Of a DNA stretch of 64,000 bases, positions 37,031-48,520 are shown one piece after another. Source of the DNA: Gracilinanus agilis (Eukaryota); assembly GCF_016433145.1 (NCBI RefSeq), contig NC_058133.1, positions 484,435,659-484,499,658 on the forward strand, in the 5' to 3' direction. Made by a program: the position numbers and the translations under genes. The notes beneath the pieces were generated by a model. It had not been told where the DNA came from. It did no database searches and was given only the letters and a program-made list of their open reading frames with translations. Positions within the stretch are counted from its first letter, which is position 1. Each line of letters starts with the position of its first letter.

Positions 37031-37775
37031 AAAAGTAGACTCCTGGGTAACAGCTGAAATATAAAATGGAATAAAAGGTCCAAGCTTTGAGAAGAACACA
37101 GCCCCTTCGAGAAGTTAAACCTTTATGGGATTGTTCAAATACAACTAGCCTAATGGATGCAGAGTAAAGGCTGTAGATAAGGGGGAAAAAAGGTAATTAA
37201 AAGGGTTATTAAGGCAATTAAGAGGCACAGAAAACAAAAGAAAGAGGGTCAGAAGAAAAGGCTGATAAGCAGGGTAGCTTTGGAACTAATGAGCAAAACT
37301 TGTATTCAGAAACAGGATCTTGTAATAGAGATTCATGGTCTCACAGATGAATATCTTTTTCTGTTCATACTTGTACATGAATGTACTCATATTTGTTCAT
37401 GTTTGCCAAGTTCTGAATAACCAAAAAACAACACAATTTTATTACACAAACACCACCACTATCAACAAAAATCATAAAAAATCTAGCAAGGATTACAATG
37501 AGGAAAGAGAATTGAGTACAAAACTGGATTTGTTGACCCTTTTTTTTTTTTTAAACCACTTTACCCAACACATACTAAAGCTTTTGATTTGTTCTTGAGG
37601 TATCCATGGGAAGACTTCCTAGCAGGAAGTGCCACCTCTCTCATGGTTACAAGCTCTCTGTTGTCCATAGTTACTGTTCCAAACGACACAAATACTTCTA
37701 GAGGGTTCTCAATGGCTTGTCAAATATTTATTTAGAGAAAGAAAGAGTACGTTAAATATGGAAGGGAAGAGATTA

Positions 37776-37777
<2 letters not shown>

Positions 37778-37831
<54 letters not shown>
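37778..37831. repeat. (CA)n microsatellite
   Basis: Long pure CA run. Confidence 0.95.
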
Positions 37832-37833
<2 letters not shown>

Positions 37834-38489
37834 GAAAAAAGGTGAGAGATCAGAACAAGCAAAACTATCAGGGAAGTAGTTTATATTCGCCAATCCACAC
37901 TTTAATTGCCCTGATTATCTCAGGCATACACGTGATCTAGCACAATGCTATCAGTTACAAACTCTTAACAATGACTGTCTCAGCACTACAAAGGGTTTCC
38001 CCATATGTCAAATCCAAAATACATCCAACTAACAAAGAAAAGAATTTTTCTTAATTTATTTGGCTCAAATTCCAGCCTGTTTATTCCTAGCCACTAAGGT
38101 CACATGAAGTCCTTTCTCCTTGACCAAGTTAGCACAACTAAACTAATTTATTGAATGTGGTAGTGCAGAGGATAGAACTCTGAGTCTAGAAATGAGTTCA
38201 AATTCGACCTCAGCCACTTACCAGCTCTATGCCCTGAGGAAGTTACTTTTGAGACTTCGGTTTGCCCAATTACTGTCAACTATAAAATACGAGTACTAAT
38301 GGCACAAACTTCCCAGAACTGTTGAGAGGATCAAATGTGGCAATATTTGTAAAGTGCTTGTTACAGCTCAGAAAGGGCTTAAGAAATGCTTGTTCCACCC
38401 TGATATTCCTGTGGGAATTCCCTTCTTATATATGAGAAAAGAACCCTAGCCATGAGATTAAATATACAATTAAAAAATGTTTTTAAAAA

Positions 38490-38672
38490 CTCTTACCTTC
38501 CATCTTAGGACGGATACTGGGTATTAGTTCCAAGGCAGAAGAGCAATAAGGATTGGGCATTTGGAGTGAAGTAACTTGCTCAGGGTCACACATCTGGGAA
38601 ATGTCTGAGATCAAATTTGAACTCAGGCCCTCCCATTTCTAGGCCTGGTTCTCAATCCACTGAGTCACCTAG
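38490..38672 (-). mobile_element. SINE
   Basis: Reverse-complement tail, CORE, B-box and head. Confidence 0.85.
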
Positions 38673-39074
38673 ATGCACTTAATGTCTCTTTTTAAAAAAC
38701 AATTTTCTTCTATGTAGGAATGACAATATGCTTCTCAGGTAAGGTAGTATTTCTGATTGCAAGCCACCCTTCCTCCCCAGCAAGAGGACAACAAAATGTT
38801 TAGGACAGAGGAGAGAAAAAGAATGTAGGAAACTGTCAAGATACTGGAAAAATGGGACAGGATGCTAGTCTCATGGGAGGACCTCCCCTCCCACCCACAC
38901 CCCACTTTCATTCACATTTGATCAAAAGGACAAGAGGCAAAGTGCAGAAATTCCAGGCTCCTTTCCCTGAAGATGAGGAGCAGGGAAGAAAGAATGGGGA
39001 TCAGAGCAGGAGGAGGGGAACCCATACATTGTAATGGAAAAAGTCACTTGGCTATACAAGGTGGCTGCATGAAG

Positions 39075-39730
39075 TGTGTAAATGGAATTAGCTGGAGCCC
39101 ATTCATAGTCAAAAATCTACCCATCCTAGGTGTAGAAATGATGTCATCCTCACCTTCCCTAGTGGGGAGGGGAGACGAGTTACCCACATGTGACAATGAT
39201 TAGCAAATCAAGAACAAGGGACTGTCCTTTGGGCAGTCCAAATCAGTGTAGAGGCTGCCATTTGTCCATTTGAATTAGAGGTGGACCCAAGGGAAGTGAC
39301 AAAGGACACTGTCTCTTTAAGTATGTTACTCACTTCCTGTTGAGGGAGTTGCCTTCTCGAACTCCGTGCTGAAGCATCTCCTGAGACCACAGACAGCTTA
39401 CACTCTGTATTGTCACGTGGGTAAGTTAGGCTGACTTCCTTGGCCTAGCTGGGCCGCTTCCAAACTCTGCCTATCTGGCTGTTGTGCCTTGTGGCTTACA
39501 GCTTCATTTATTTAGCCTTTTAACCTTCTCTCTCGTCCAGGCCTGGTCAGGCCTGGACTAGCCTCTCCTTTTCTCTTTATTCCTATACTTTACCTTCCTG
39601 ATTGTAAATAAACTCCTCAACCCGATGCTGACTTGGGTCTGATTTAATTACGGAATCAACCTGAATTGTTGATTCCTGGCGGCCACACTTTAAATTTATA
39701 TCTATAATACCTAAATTTTCCCCTCTTACA
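39075..39730 (+). mobile_element. Solo ERV LTR, 656 bp, 4-bp TSD GAAG
   Basis: Begins TGT, ends TTACA; GAAG at 39071-39074 and 39731-39734; GATTGTAAATAAAC polyA-signal region. Confidence 0.8.
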
Positions 39731-41470
39731 GAAGACATAGAAAATACTGTGTCAGGACAGATGTTTTTCAAGAAAAAGCACTCTTCCTGGAATTCAGAAC
39801 ATGTGGATATAGACATGAGGTTCTCCTCACAATCAGGTGGAGAATGCATGGCTGGTCAATGAGCTGCCGATGGATATCGAAAGGAATGAGATGAGAACAC
39901 TGGAAGGTTAAGCCTGATCAAGGAAAATCCCCTTTTGGAGGATTTTGGAGGAAAGCAGATGGGGAATGGTGGAAAGTAAAGGGAATGCAGGTGGCCTAAA
40001 AGTCATAAATGAGGAGCAACAACATTAGCTATTAAATGTGCTTTAAAAGGGGGGGCCTGCATGAAAAGAAAACCATTGGTTTCTCAAATACAAATGAGGA
40101 ATATAATTAGCAGTTTGTCATCCAAATACACAAATGGTTCTACAGCAAAGAAGATGTTAGAGAAAGAGATGTTGTAATTGATGGCAACAGATTCTAAAAA
40201 TGCATTTTCACAATTTGAAAGTTGTGTTGCTGGAGGTTCCATGGCCACATCTCAAAAAACCATCATCATCTGATACTGATGGTCTAAAGCCCTAACTATG
40301 GATTGCCCAAGTATCTGATGCCCCTTTTTATACTCCCCAGTTATGCCAACCCAAAACGAAGGAGTTATGACTATTTTTGTTTAAAAAAAACAAACAACCT
40401 AAGTAGGAATAATTGTGTCATCTCCTATGTATGGTTGAGGCTCATCAATAGAAGCCTATTCTAAAATTGAGTTTTAGGCTCAAAGCTGCTATTGAGAAAT
40501 TTTGTAAGGAATGACTGATTTAGAAAAGAGATCTGAATTCAATCTAGCATCCAGAAAAGTATTTACTAAAATCCAGAACCCTGGGTCAGCAGCTGAAGAA
40601 GACAAAAAGACACAATCCCTAACAATAGCACTTTTGCAAAATTCAAATTTATGTTATAAATTTGTAAACAAATGTACAAATAATTACATTCTATATATTG
40701 AATTTTTTTGTGTATTGCCTTTGTTTTAGGAAGAATCTGTGAACTCAGCAATTCAGGAGACACTGGGTTCAAATTGAGCTCAGACACTTCTTAGTTGTGT
40801 GGCCCTAGGCAAGTCATTTAACCTCAATTTGTCTTAGAATTGACACTAAGATAGAAGGTAAGGGCCCCCAAATAAATAAATAAATAAACAGCAAAGTATA
40901 AGAAAGAAGGAAACTATTAGATATTTTCTAGTTTAACTCCTGCATAAAGACATCTGCTTTTTCAGTGAAAACAGTTAAAATAAAAGTAAATAAAAAGGAG
41001 ATGGAGCAAATTCACTCTTGCTGGCAGTGAATGTAGTACCATAATTCTATAATTTAGTATAAACAAATGAGCTCCAATTTGGGTTCGTGTTAGCTCTTGA
41101 TGCAGACAAAATCTGCCAACAGGACCATCAGGAGGCAAAGGCTAAGCCTAATAAAAGGGTTTAGTCCTTGCATTGCTGGCTTACCTGAACAAAAAGTATA
41201 AAAACACTAAGTGATGTAAGTTTTTGGTATGTTAAAAACAATGGAATACTTACTCTATTTCTCACAGTTTTAAAGCACAAAGGCTTAGGGGTCATCAGGT
41301 TGAATCCTATGACTTTACAGAGGAAACTTGAGGCCCACCGAGGTTAACTGATGTGCCCATGGTCACACACGCAGAAAATAGCAGAGCTGGGATCTTGGTA
41401 TCATTCTGTGTATGATAAAATGAGCTTGTTTCCCAAAATGCACTGCAACTTTAAAAAAGTTGAAATAAGG

Positions 41471-41594
41471 GGCTGTGTGACCCTGGGCAAGTCATTTAAC
41501 CCCCATTGCCCACCCTTACCACTCTTCTGCCTTGGAGCCAATACACAGTATTGACTCCAAGACGGAAGGTAAGGGTTTAAAAAAAAAAAAAAAA
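41471..41594 (+). mobile_element. 5'-truncated young SINE
   Basis: Starts within CORE; intact hairpin tail CTTGGAGCCAATACACAGTATTGACTCCAAG; poly(A). Confidence 0.88.
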
Positions 41595-41804
41595 GCTGAA
41601 ACAAGACAACAATTATAGATGATCATTTGGAATGTTAAGAAATTAAATTTTATCTTCATACTTTTTTGTCTTTGGTTTTTAAAAGTGGAAAAAAATATTA
41701 CCTTTCATGACGGATAAAAACAGTTTGAAAAGAAAATCTACTATAGTAGCCAAAACTAATCCAAGCAAAGATGACAGAAAGAGATAGCTAAAAAGTAGGC
41801 AGTC

Positions 41805-42470
41805 AGTCAATAAGCATTAAGTGCCTACTATGTCCCAGGCACTGAGCTAAGTGCTGTGGAAACAAAGAAAGCCAGAAGACTGTCTGAGCTCTTAAGGAGC
41901 TCAGATAAATGGGAAAGAGAACATGAATACAATTATGGACAAACAAGATATATATTAGATAAACTAGAAAGTATCAGCAGAGAGATCACTAAGGGGACTT
42001 CTTGGTGCTAGTAAGAGTTTAACTGGGGCTTGGAAGAAACCACAGAAGCCAGGAGGGAGAGTGTCCTGGGCATGGAGGACAGCCAGAGAAAATGCCCAGA
42101 ACTGAAAGATGGAGGTAAGGAGCTGGGGCAGCTGGGTGTCCCAGTGGATAGTACAGGGTCTGGAGTTGGGAGGCCCTGGGTTCAAATCAGACCTTAGAAA
42201 TTTTCCTAGCTGTGTGACTCTGGGCAAGTCACTTAACTGTTTGTCTAGCCCTTGTTCTTCTATCTTAGAGTCGTTACTGAGACAGAAAGTAAGGGTTTAA
42301 CGGGAGAAAAAAGGTAACAGCAAGGAGAGGGCTCACTGAGAGAAGGAAGCAAGAAGACTGGAAAGGTAGGATTAGGGAGGTGGAGAAGAGCTTTGAATAC
42401 CAGAGGATTTCATGATCCATCTAGAAGAAACAGAAAGCCACTGGAGTTTGCTGAGTTGGGGGAAGGGAGT
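41805..42470 (-). mobile_element. L2 fragment interrupted by a plus-strand SINE (about 42126-42300)
   Basis: TCAGTCAATAAGCATTAAGTGCCTACTATGTCCCAGGCACTGAGCTAAGTGCTG is the L2 3' end in reverse; the SINE head, B-box and CORE lie inside it. Confidence 0.7.
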
Positions 42471-43339
42471 GCTGGACTTATAGAAAATATGTTGAAAAAC
42501 ATTGCTCCTATGTACAAGGATCTTTCTAATCAACTAATAGTTTTTCTAATCAACTAATTCTAATCAAAGTGATCTCATTTTGTATAGCAAAAACATGCAG
42601 TAAAAATGATCTCTTGATAACATGTACATATTTTCAGAATAAAATTAAGTTCTTATATTAAGCAACCTTAAAGCAAGCTTTTCCATGAATACAACAGGAT
42701 GTAAAAAGGATTATCTATGAAACTGTGGTGAATTTCATACCACTTGCCTTTTTTACAAAAGTATTAAATACATTTAATATTTTATTTTCAAAAATATCTC
42801 TCTCACCTGTGCTTCCTTCTGTGCCTTAAAAAATGCCATTTTGGTGGTGCTCTTTTTATTTACCATCATTACTGCCAAACTTCCTTTGTGACCTCTCCAA
42901 GTAAAAATGAGGGGTGGTGGGGGAAGAGAAAGGAGGGAACTACTCATAACTCAACAGCATAGTAAAGCAAAATGAATCCACACCACAGCCATCTCCAAAA
43001 AAGGACATCTCTTTCTGCATCTCGTGGCATCCCTTCTGCCCTGAAGAGGATGACACAATTCCACATGGGTTCTCTGAAGATGTGGCTCGATCACTGTTCT
43101 GATCAGAGTTCTTAAGTATTTCACAGTGATTTCAATTTACAACGCAATCATCATTGGATACACTTGCTTTCTTGATTCTACTTATTTTGTCCTGTATCAG
43201 TTTATACTACCCCATATCCTCTGAAATGATGTCGCTTCCTTGTCATTTCTTATGGCACAATCATCTTACCTTCCTATATCACTTAATCCCCCACTGCCTA
43301 GCCCTTACTGTTCTTTTGTCTTAGAACCAATATTTAGTG

Positions 43340-43537
43340 CGGCAATGTATGGCTCTCGAGCCATATCTGGCTCTTTTGAGGGCCAGATATGGCTCTTTCT
43401 GCAGCAGCCATAAAGTCAATTTTTTTCAGGTGCTGTTACAGGAGCGGCACTGTGAGCACTGTACGGCTCTCACAAAATTACATTTTAAAAAATGTGGCGT
43501 TTATGGCTCTCATGGCCAAAAAGGTTGCCGACCCCTG
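43340..43537. mobile_element. hAT-type MITE inserted in a SINE tail, 8-bp TSD ATTTAGTG
   Basis: Right TIR GGTTGCCGACCCCTG; left TIR partly deleted (CGGCAATG); ATTTAGTG at 43332-43339 and 43538-43545; SINE tail sequence on both sides. Confidence 0.8.
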
Positions 43538-44519
43538 ATTTAGTGTGTCAATTCTTAGACAGAGGGTAAGGATTTTTTTTTAAATTGACCTTCATGTAAT
43601 CTGGACTTCTTCAATTGTATCAAGAACAGTGACATAGTTTTAAAGGGTAATCAACTATACATATAGATTTAAAAACTTGTTAATGATACAGAATTTTGAG
43701 AAACTGATCATTTTGATTAGAGCAAAGAACTTCTATTATTGTTAAATACGTTGGCAATTTTGTGACAGTTTTGTTAAGGAAGTTTAAAGTAAAAGGAGAT
43801 GTTATCAATGCCTAAAACAATGGGAAAGATGAAGAAAGTTCAGTTTTCTAATAAAAATTTCCTTCTGAACTCCCATATTTGATGAATAGTTTGGTTTTAA
43901 CTGAGTACTTTAAGTAAACTGTGGCATACCAGGTATATTATCATCTTGAAAGTACTATTGATGCATGGTTATTGTAACGTATCTGCTCAAGTATCAGACT
44001 CATAGTCATTTTATTTCTGGATCATTGTATGTTATTGGTACTCTAAATCTTAACCACCCTCCAAACCATATGGTCAAGAGAATTCCTGTGCAGAGACAAA
44101 TGGTCCTAGCTAACACTTTATTAGACCACATTCCTTTACAGCTCATGTGTTTGATTAACCTCCTCCTCTTTGATCATGTGGTTGGCTATTGAGCCAATGT
44201 TAAATCCTATACCATGTCAGATGTTCATTAGCTACCTCCCATTCCACATTCCTTGACACCTCAATAAAAGTTTGGGAACACGTGCATCTCTTTCTCTACC
44301 ACCATCAGAAAAACAAGCACACTGAATCCCATGTTCCTGAAGCCAGTGTCTCTGAGTCTTTGTTCCTTTGTTGCATACTCTCTCTTTCTATTTTCTTCAC
44401 TTATCCTCCCTCAGTTTCCAATTCTCTTTCTCAGGTGTCCATCCACGAATATATTAATGTGTGGACGCAGGCAGGCACATAAACCAAAGCAAGGGCCTAA
44501 AGATGTTCTAATGCTCATT

Positions 44520-44937
44520 CTTTTTTTTTTCTTTAACATTTTTCTTTAATTAATTTGGAATATTTTTTCATGACTTAATGATTCATGTTCTTTCCCTCCC
44601 CTCCTCCCATAGCCAAAGAGCAATTCCACTGGATTTTACATGTATCATTGGTCAAGACCTATTTCCATATCATTAATATGGAAATAGTGATCTTTTAGAG
44701 TCTCCATCCTTAGTCACATCCCCATTGACCCATGTGATCAAGCAGCTGTTTTTCTTCTGCATTTCTGCTCCCACAGTTCTTTCTCTGGATGTGGATAGCT
44801 TTCTTTTGCATAAGTCCCTCAGAATTGTCCTGGATCATTGTATCTCTGCTAGTAGAGAAGTCCATTATGTCCGGTTGTACCACAGTGTATCAGTCTCTGT
44901 GTACAACGTTCTCCTGGATCTGCTCCTTTCGCTCTGT
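44520..44937 (-). mobile_element. L1 3'UTR fragment (opossum L1-like)
   Basis: Poly(T) start, then CCCATGTGATCAAGCAG.TGTTTTTCTTCTG.ATTTCTGCTCCCACAGTTCTTTCTCTGGATGTGGATAG. Confidence 0.75.
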
Positions 44938-45154
44938 AACTGATGCTCATTCTAATACCATAATTTATTCATAGATCAAGCTGCTTATTACTAAGTTTAA
45001 TGAGACCCTGAAACCCAAGCCTATTAATGTTCTCTGATAGGATGAAGAGAAAAAGCTTAGGATTCCTCAAAGCACAGATCAACAAATGAGGAGAAACTTG
45101 TACCAGTCTATTGGTTGTTCCTCCCAAATTTGTTTACAATACTTTAACTCCTTT

Positions 45155-45835
45155 GATGTGATGTAATGGCTAGAACAATGGGCCCAGGGTCAGGAAGAAC
45201 CAAGTTCAAATCAGGCCTCACTCTTCCACAACCTTAGTTGTGTGACCCTAGGCAAGTCATTTAACCATCTCAGTTTCCTCATCTATCAAATGGGGGTGGG
45301 GGCGAGGGGCAGAGAGAAGGAACTAGCAAACACTCCGGTGACTTTGCCAAGGAAATCCCAAACAGAAACACAAAGAGTCAGATGGGGACTGAAGAGACAA
45401 AACAACCACCACTCCCTGAAGCCAAGGGACAACAAAGCGCACCAGGCCCCGTTGCTAGGGGCACGCCTTGCCTTAGGAGTGCTGGACTAGAGGACTCTGA
45501 CCTGAGTGAAAATGGCAGAGCAGTGTCTATGTGAAAACAACTCCCATGCCTTTGGCCTCTACAAATAAATGCCAAGAAAGAGAGGAGGCAGCCCATTCAG
45601 GAGGCAGTGATAGAGCACTGGGCCTGGAGTCAGAAAGATCTGGGTTCAAATCCAGTCCTAGACACTACCTGGCTGTTTGAGCCTGGGTAAGTCACTTCAC
45701 CTCGGTTTGCCTTCATCTGCTAGAGAAGCAAACAGTGAGTCGCTGGAGTACTTCGCCAAAGACACAGCCCTGGGGGGGCCGTGCACAGCCCACGGGGTCA
45801 TGAAGACTCGGACACGGCTGAATGACGAGCCAATA
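45155..45835 (+). mobile_element. Two adjacent MAR1/MIR-type CORE SINEs
   Basis: Two CORE segments (about 45155-45410 and 45600-45835), each with a GCAAAC...GCCAAG/A...GGGGTCA.GAAGA.TCGGACAC-type tail. Confidence 0.7.
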
Positions 45836-47127
45836 AGAACAGCCCAACCTGAGGTCCTGCCTTCCTCTCCTGGTGTTTGAAGCTCACCAGTCGTGTGGCT
45901 GTGCTCAAGACTCTGACTGTCTTTGAGCCTCAGTTTCCTCATCTGTAACAATGTGTGCCATCTGCCTTACTAGATTACTGGCAAGAAATCTCTGAGGATC
46001 TTACATAGGCTATAAATGGGATACCCTCAAGAAATCCCGTTTTGTCAGAATGTTGATCTCTTCCAGGGCCACAAGAGGTGCTTCCTAAAATGGCTGATAA
46101 AAAAACAAACAAGTTTGCTGAACTGAACTGAACGAAGCGTGGAGCGCTCTGTGAGGTCCGTATTTTTTTTAAAAAGGTGACAAAGGACACAAAGGCCTAA
46201 GTCGGAGACATGAACGGACTTGTCCGTGGCTGCCCGTGCTTCAGCAATGCCGTTGTCCTACGTCAGCCCCAGCGCCGCCTCAAAAGCTGGCCGGTGTTGG
46301 GTCGTGCTCGGAGGCCCCTTCGCCCCGCTTCCTCCTTTCCTGTGCTTCCTGGAATCAGGGCTCCCTCTCTCTCCCCACCCCCAGTGCTGGCTCAACTACC
46401 ACGGCAAGACTTTCTTTGTAAATGAAAGGGAAAAAAACCAGAGAATTTAGCTCATGGTCCTCATGCCAAAAAGGCGAGGTGGGCTGCCATGTAAAATAAG
46501 GCACCAAGAGATTTCCTTAGGAAGGCATCGAGCTGTGTGTGGTGGCATCAGAGCTACGTGAGCAAGCCTGGAGGTGTTCCGCTCCTGAGCCATATCAAAG
46601 CCTGACACAAATACAGCAGAATGTTAATGTTAGTAAGAAACAGAAGCAATGTTTAGGGGTTTTCTCTTAAGCTAGTAAAACTATCAAACAGAATGTTCTC
46701 CTAGTCAGAGCCCACGCGAGTGGGGATAGAGAGCCGGGCCCGGAGTTGGCCAGTCCAAGGCTCCCCTCCGGCCTCAGCCTCTTCCTGGCTGGGTGACTCC
46801 GGCCAGGCCGCTTGGCCCAGACTGCCTAGTCCGTGCCACTCTTTTATCTTAGAACTGGCACTATGACGGAAGGCAAGGATTAAAAAAAAACATTGATATA
46901 AAGGCACATTCCTAAGGATGGTTGGGTAAATGGGGCTGCAGAAGAACAAAGGGACATTAATGGTATTCTTTTAATAAACTGGAAGCTCTTTGCAAGATTG
47001 CAAATTCATCTAAACTCCTTGAACTCTGGCTTCATTCCATCTGTTTATACCTGTTGCTCTGGAAAATGCTACATAAGAAAAAAGTAAACAGCACTCAGTC
47101 CAGAAGGCGGTCTCAGGTGTCACCGCC

Positions 47128-47239
47128 TATAAAATGGTATTTGAGCAGCTTTTGAAGGAATAAGAAGTCAGAGGTACCAGGGCAGGCACAAAAGACCTCT
47201 CGGGTTCTAATCTTCAAAAGAAAAATAAAGCCTCAACAG
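47128..47239 (+). promoter_or_regulatory. TATA box (47128-47134) and candidate ATG-free first exon of a novel embedded gene
   Basis: TATAAAA, about 80 nt of ATG-free exon, then CAG|GTAAAG donor at 47240; GTAAACA forkhead-like motif just upstream; CpG-rich block at 46.1-46.9 kb. Linkage to the 48278 ORF is inferred. Confidence 0.4.
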
Positions 47240-47689
47240 GTAAAGAAACTTTCTAAGTTGTTTAGTTCTAACTTTCAAAATGTTTTCTCCTAAGAAAATA
47301 GAGTTCTGCCTTTTAGAGAACACTGGGAACTAACTCCAATGCTGCTTGTTTGTTTTTAACTAAAGGCTCAGCAATAGTATTTTTTTAATATTTCATTTTT
47401 TCTTGTTACTCTGTCATTATTCTATTAAGGAATATTGGAATAAGAATGAAAAGAAACAACAAGTGGTGTGATCTCCAACAAGCCATTTAAATTCTCTAAA
47501 ATGGGTTTCACCATTACTTAAAAAAACATAGGAGGCTGCTATAAAAAAATGAATCTGCCTTGCTCTTTCTGTCAGCCAGACTGGGCTCTTCCTCTTCCTA
47601 CCTATAAACCTCTCCCCACCCCACTTGATCCTTCTCCACTCCTTAAGTTTATTTATTTATTTGCTTGTTTATTTATTCAGTGGTTTTTT

Positions 47690-47883
47690 TAAACCCTCAC
47701 CTTCTGTCTTGGAGGCAATACTGTGTACTGGTTCCAAGGCAGAAGAGTGGTAAGGGTGGGCAATGGGGGTCAAGTGACTTGCCCAGGGTCACACAGCTGG
47801 GAAGCGTCTGAGGCCAGATTTGAACCTAGGACCTCCCATCTCTAGGCCTGACTCTCAATCTACTGAGCTACCCAGCTGCCCCT
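47690..47883 (-). mobile_element. Full-length SINE
   Basis: Reverse-complement tail, CORE, B-box and head ending CTACCCAGCTGCCCC. Confidence 0.9.
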
Positions 47884-47996
47884 CCACTCCTTAAGTTAAA
47901 AAAAAAAAAAGTTTTGTTTTCTCCATAGAAAAGTTAAGGGGGAAATGAACATTAGCTAGATCACTAATTTAATACGCAAAGAAGAAGAGTCTAGGT

Positions 47997-48185
47997 CAGT
48001 GATGGGCAAACTTTTTTTAAAGGAGGGGGCCAAAGGAAAGGAAATGCTCATCTGTCAATCTGTTTCTAAGGCAAGTCTTTTCGAAGTTTCATTGTATTCT
48101 TCAGATTAGGAATAATGTCACACAGCAGGAAAGAATATTTCAAGGGGCCTCATCTGGCCCACAGGTCATTGTTTGCCCATCACTG
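47997..48185. mobile_element. hAT-type MITE, 189 bp
   Basis: Perfect 15-bp TIRs CAGTGATGGGCAAAC / GTTTGCCCATCACTG; degenerate 8-bp flanks GTCTAGGT / GTTGAGGG. Confidence 0.85.
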
Positions 48186-48277
48186 GTTGAGGGAATTAAG
48201 ATCTATGTTACTTCTTTGTCTGATGTTTTAAAATAAATGTTGGCAATCATTTGTATTATGTTGAAACAGAAAAGAAG

Positions 48278-48520
48278 ATGGGGTCTACATTGTGGTTCAT
48301 CAGCTTACTCCTTGCACTAGGAGGGGCTCCTCTATCCAGCAGAGATTCTACTGGGGGTGCTCTGGCTTATGGCAATAATACAAGCACCCTTCAGAAAAAT
48401 CCAGCTGCAAATCGAAATCTAACCCAGACCAACAGCAGTCCTGGCCTCAGAGAAATGGATGACCTGCCATTGCTTTTCTTCATGATGCCTTTCTTGCTGC
48501 TTTGTGGGTTAGTGAGATGA
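48278..48520 (+). CDS. Candidate novel 80-aa GPI-anchored small glycoprotein (CD24/CD52-like architecture)
   Basis: MGSTLWFISLLLALGGAPLSS signal-like N-terminus; sequons N33, N34, N47, N52; N52-S53-S54 omega-like triplet; C-terminal LPLLFFMMPFLLLCGLVR. Acceptor CAG at 48267-48269 with no other AG in 48201-48267; CTGAT branch-like motif at 48220; aagATGG Kozak; ATTAAA 48769 and AATAAA 48869. Confidence 0.62.
   Translation: MGSTLWFISLLLALGGAPLSSRDSTGGALAYGNNTSTLQKNPAANRNLTQTNSSPGLREMDDLPLLFFMMPFLLLCGLVR

Noticed and set aside
43590-44280. Specific assignment as a bornavirus, filovirus or paramyxovirus endogenous element
   Set aside because: Short motif resemblances (LILEQIR, LKYSVKT, SFPLF) had inconsistent spacing versus the viral proteins; not supportable without a search.
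48251-48277. TTG-initiated extension of the candidate 80-aa ORF
   Set aside because: Crosses the predicted acceptor; the ATG at 48278 has strong Kozak context and starts the signal peptide.
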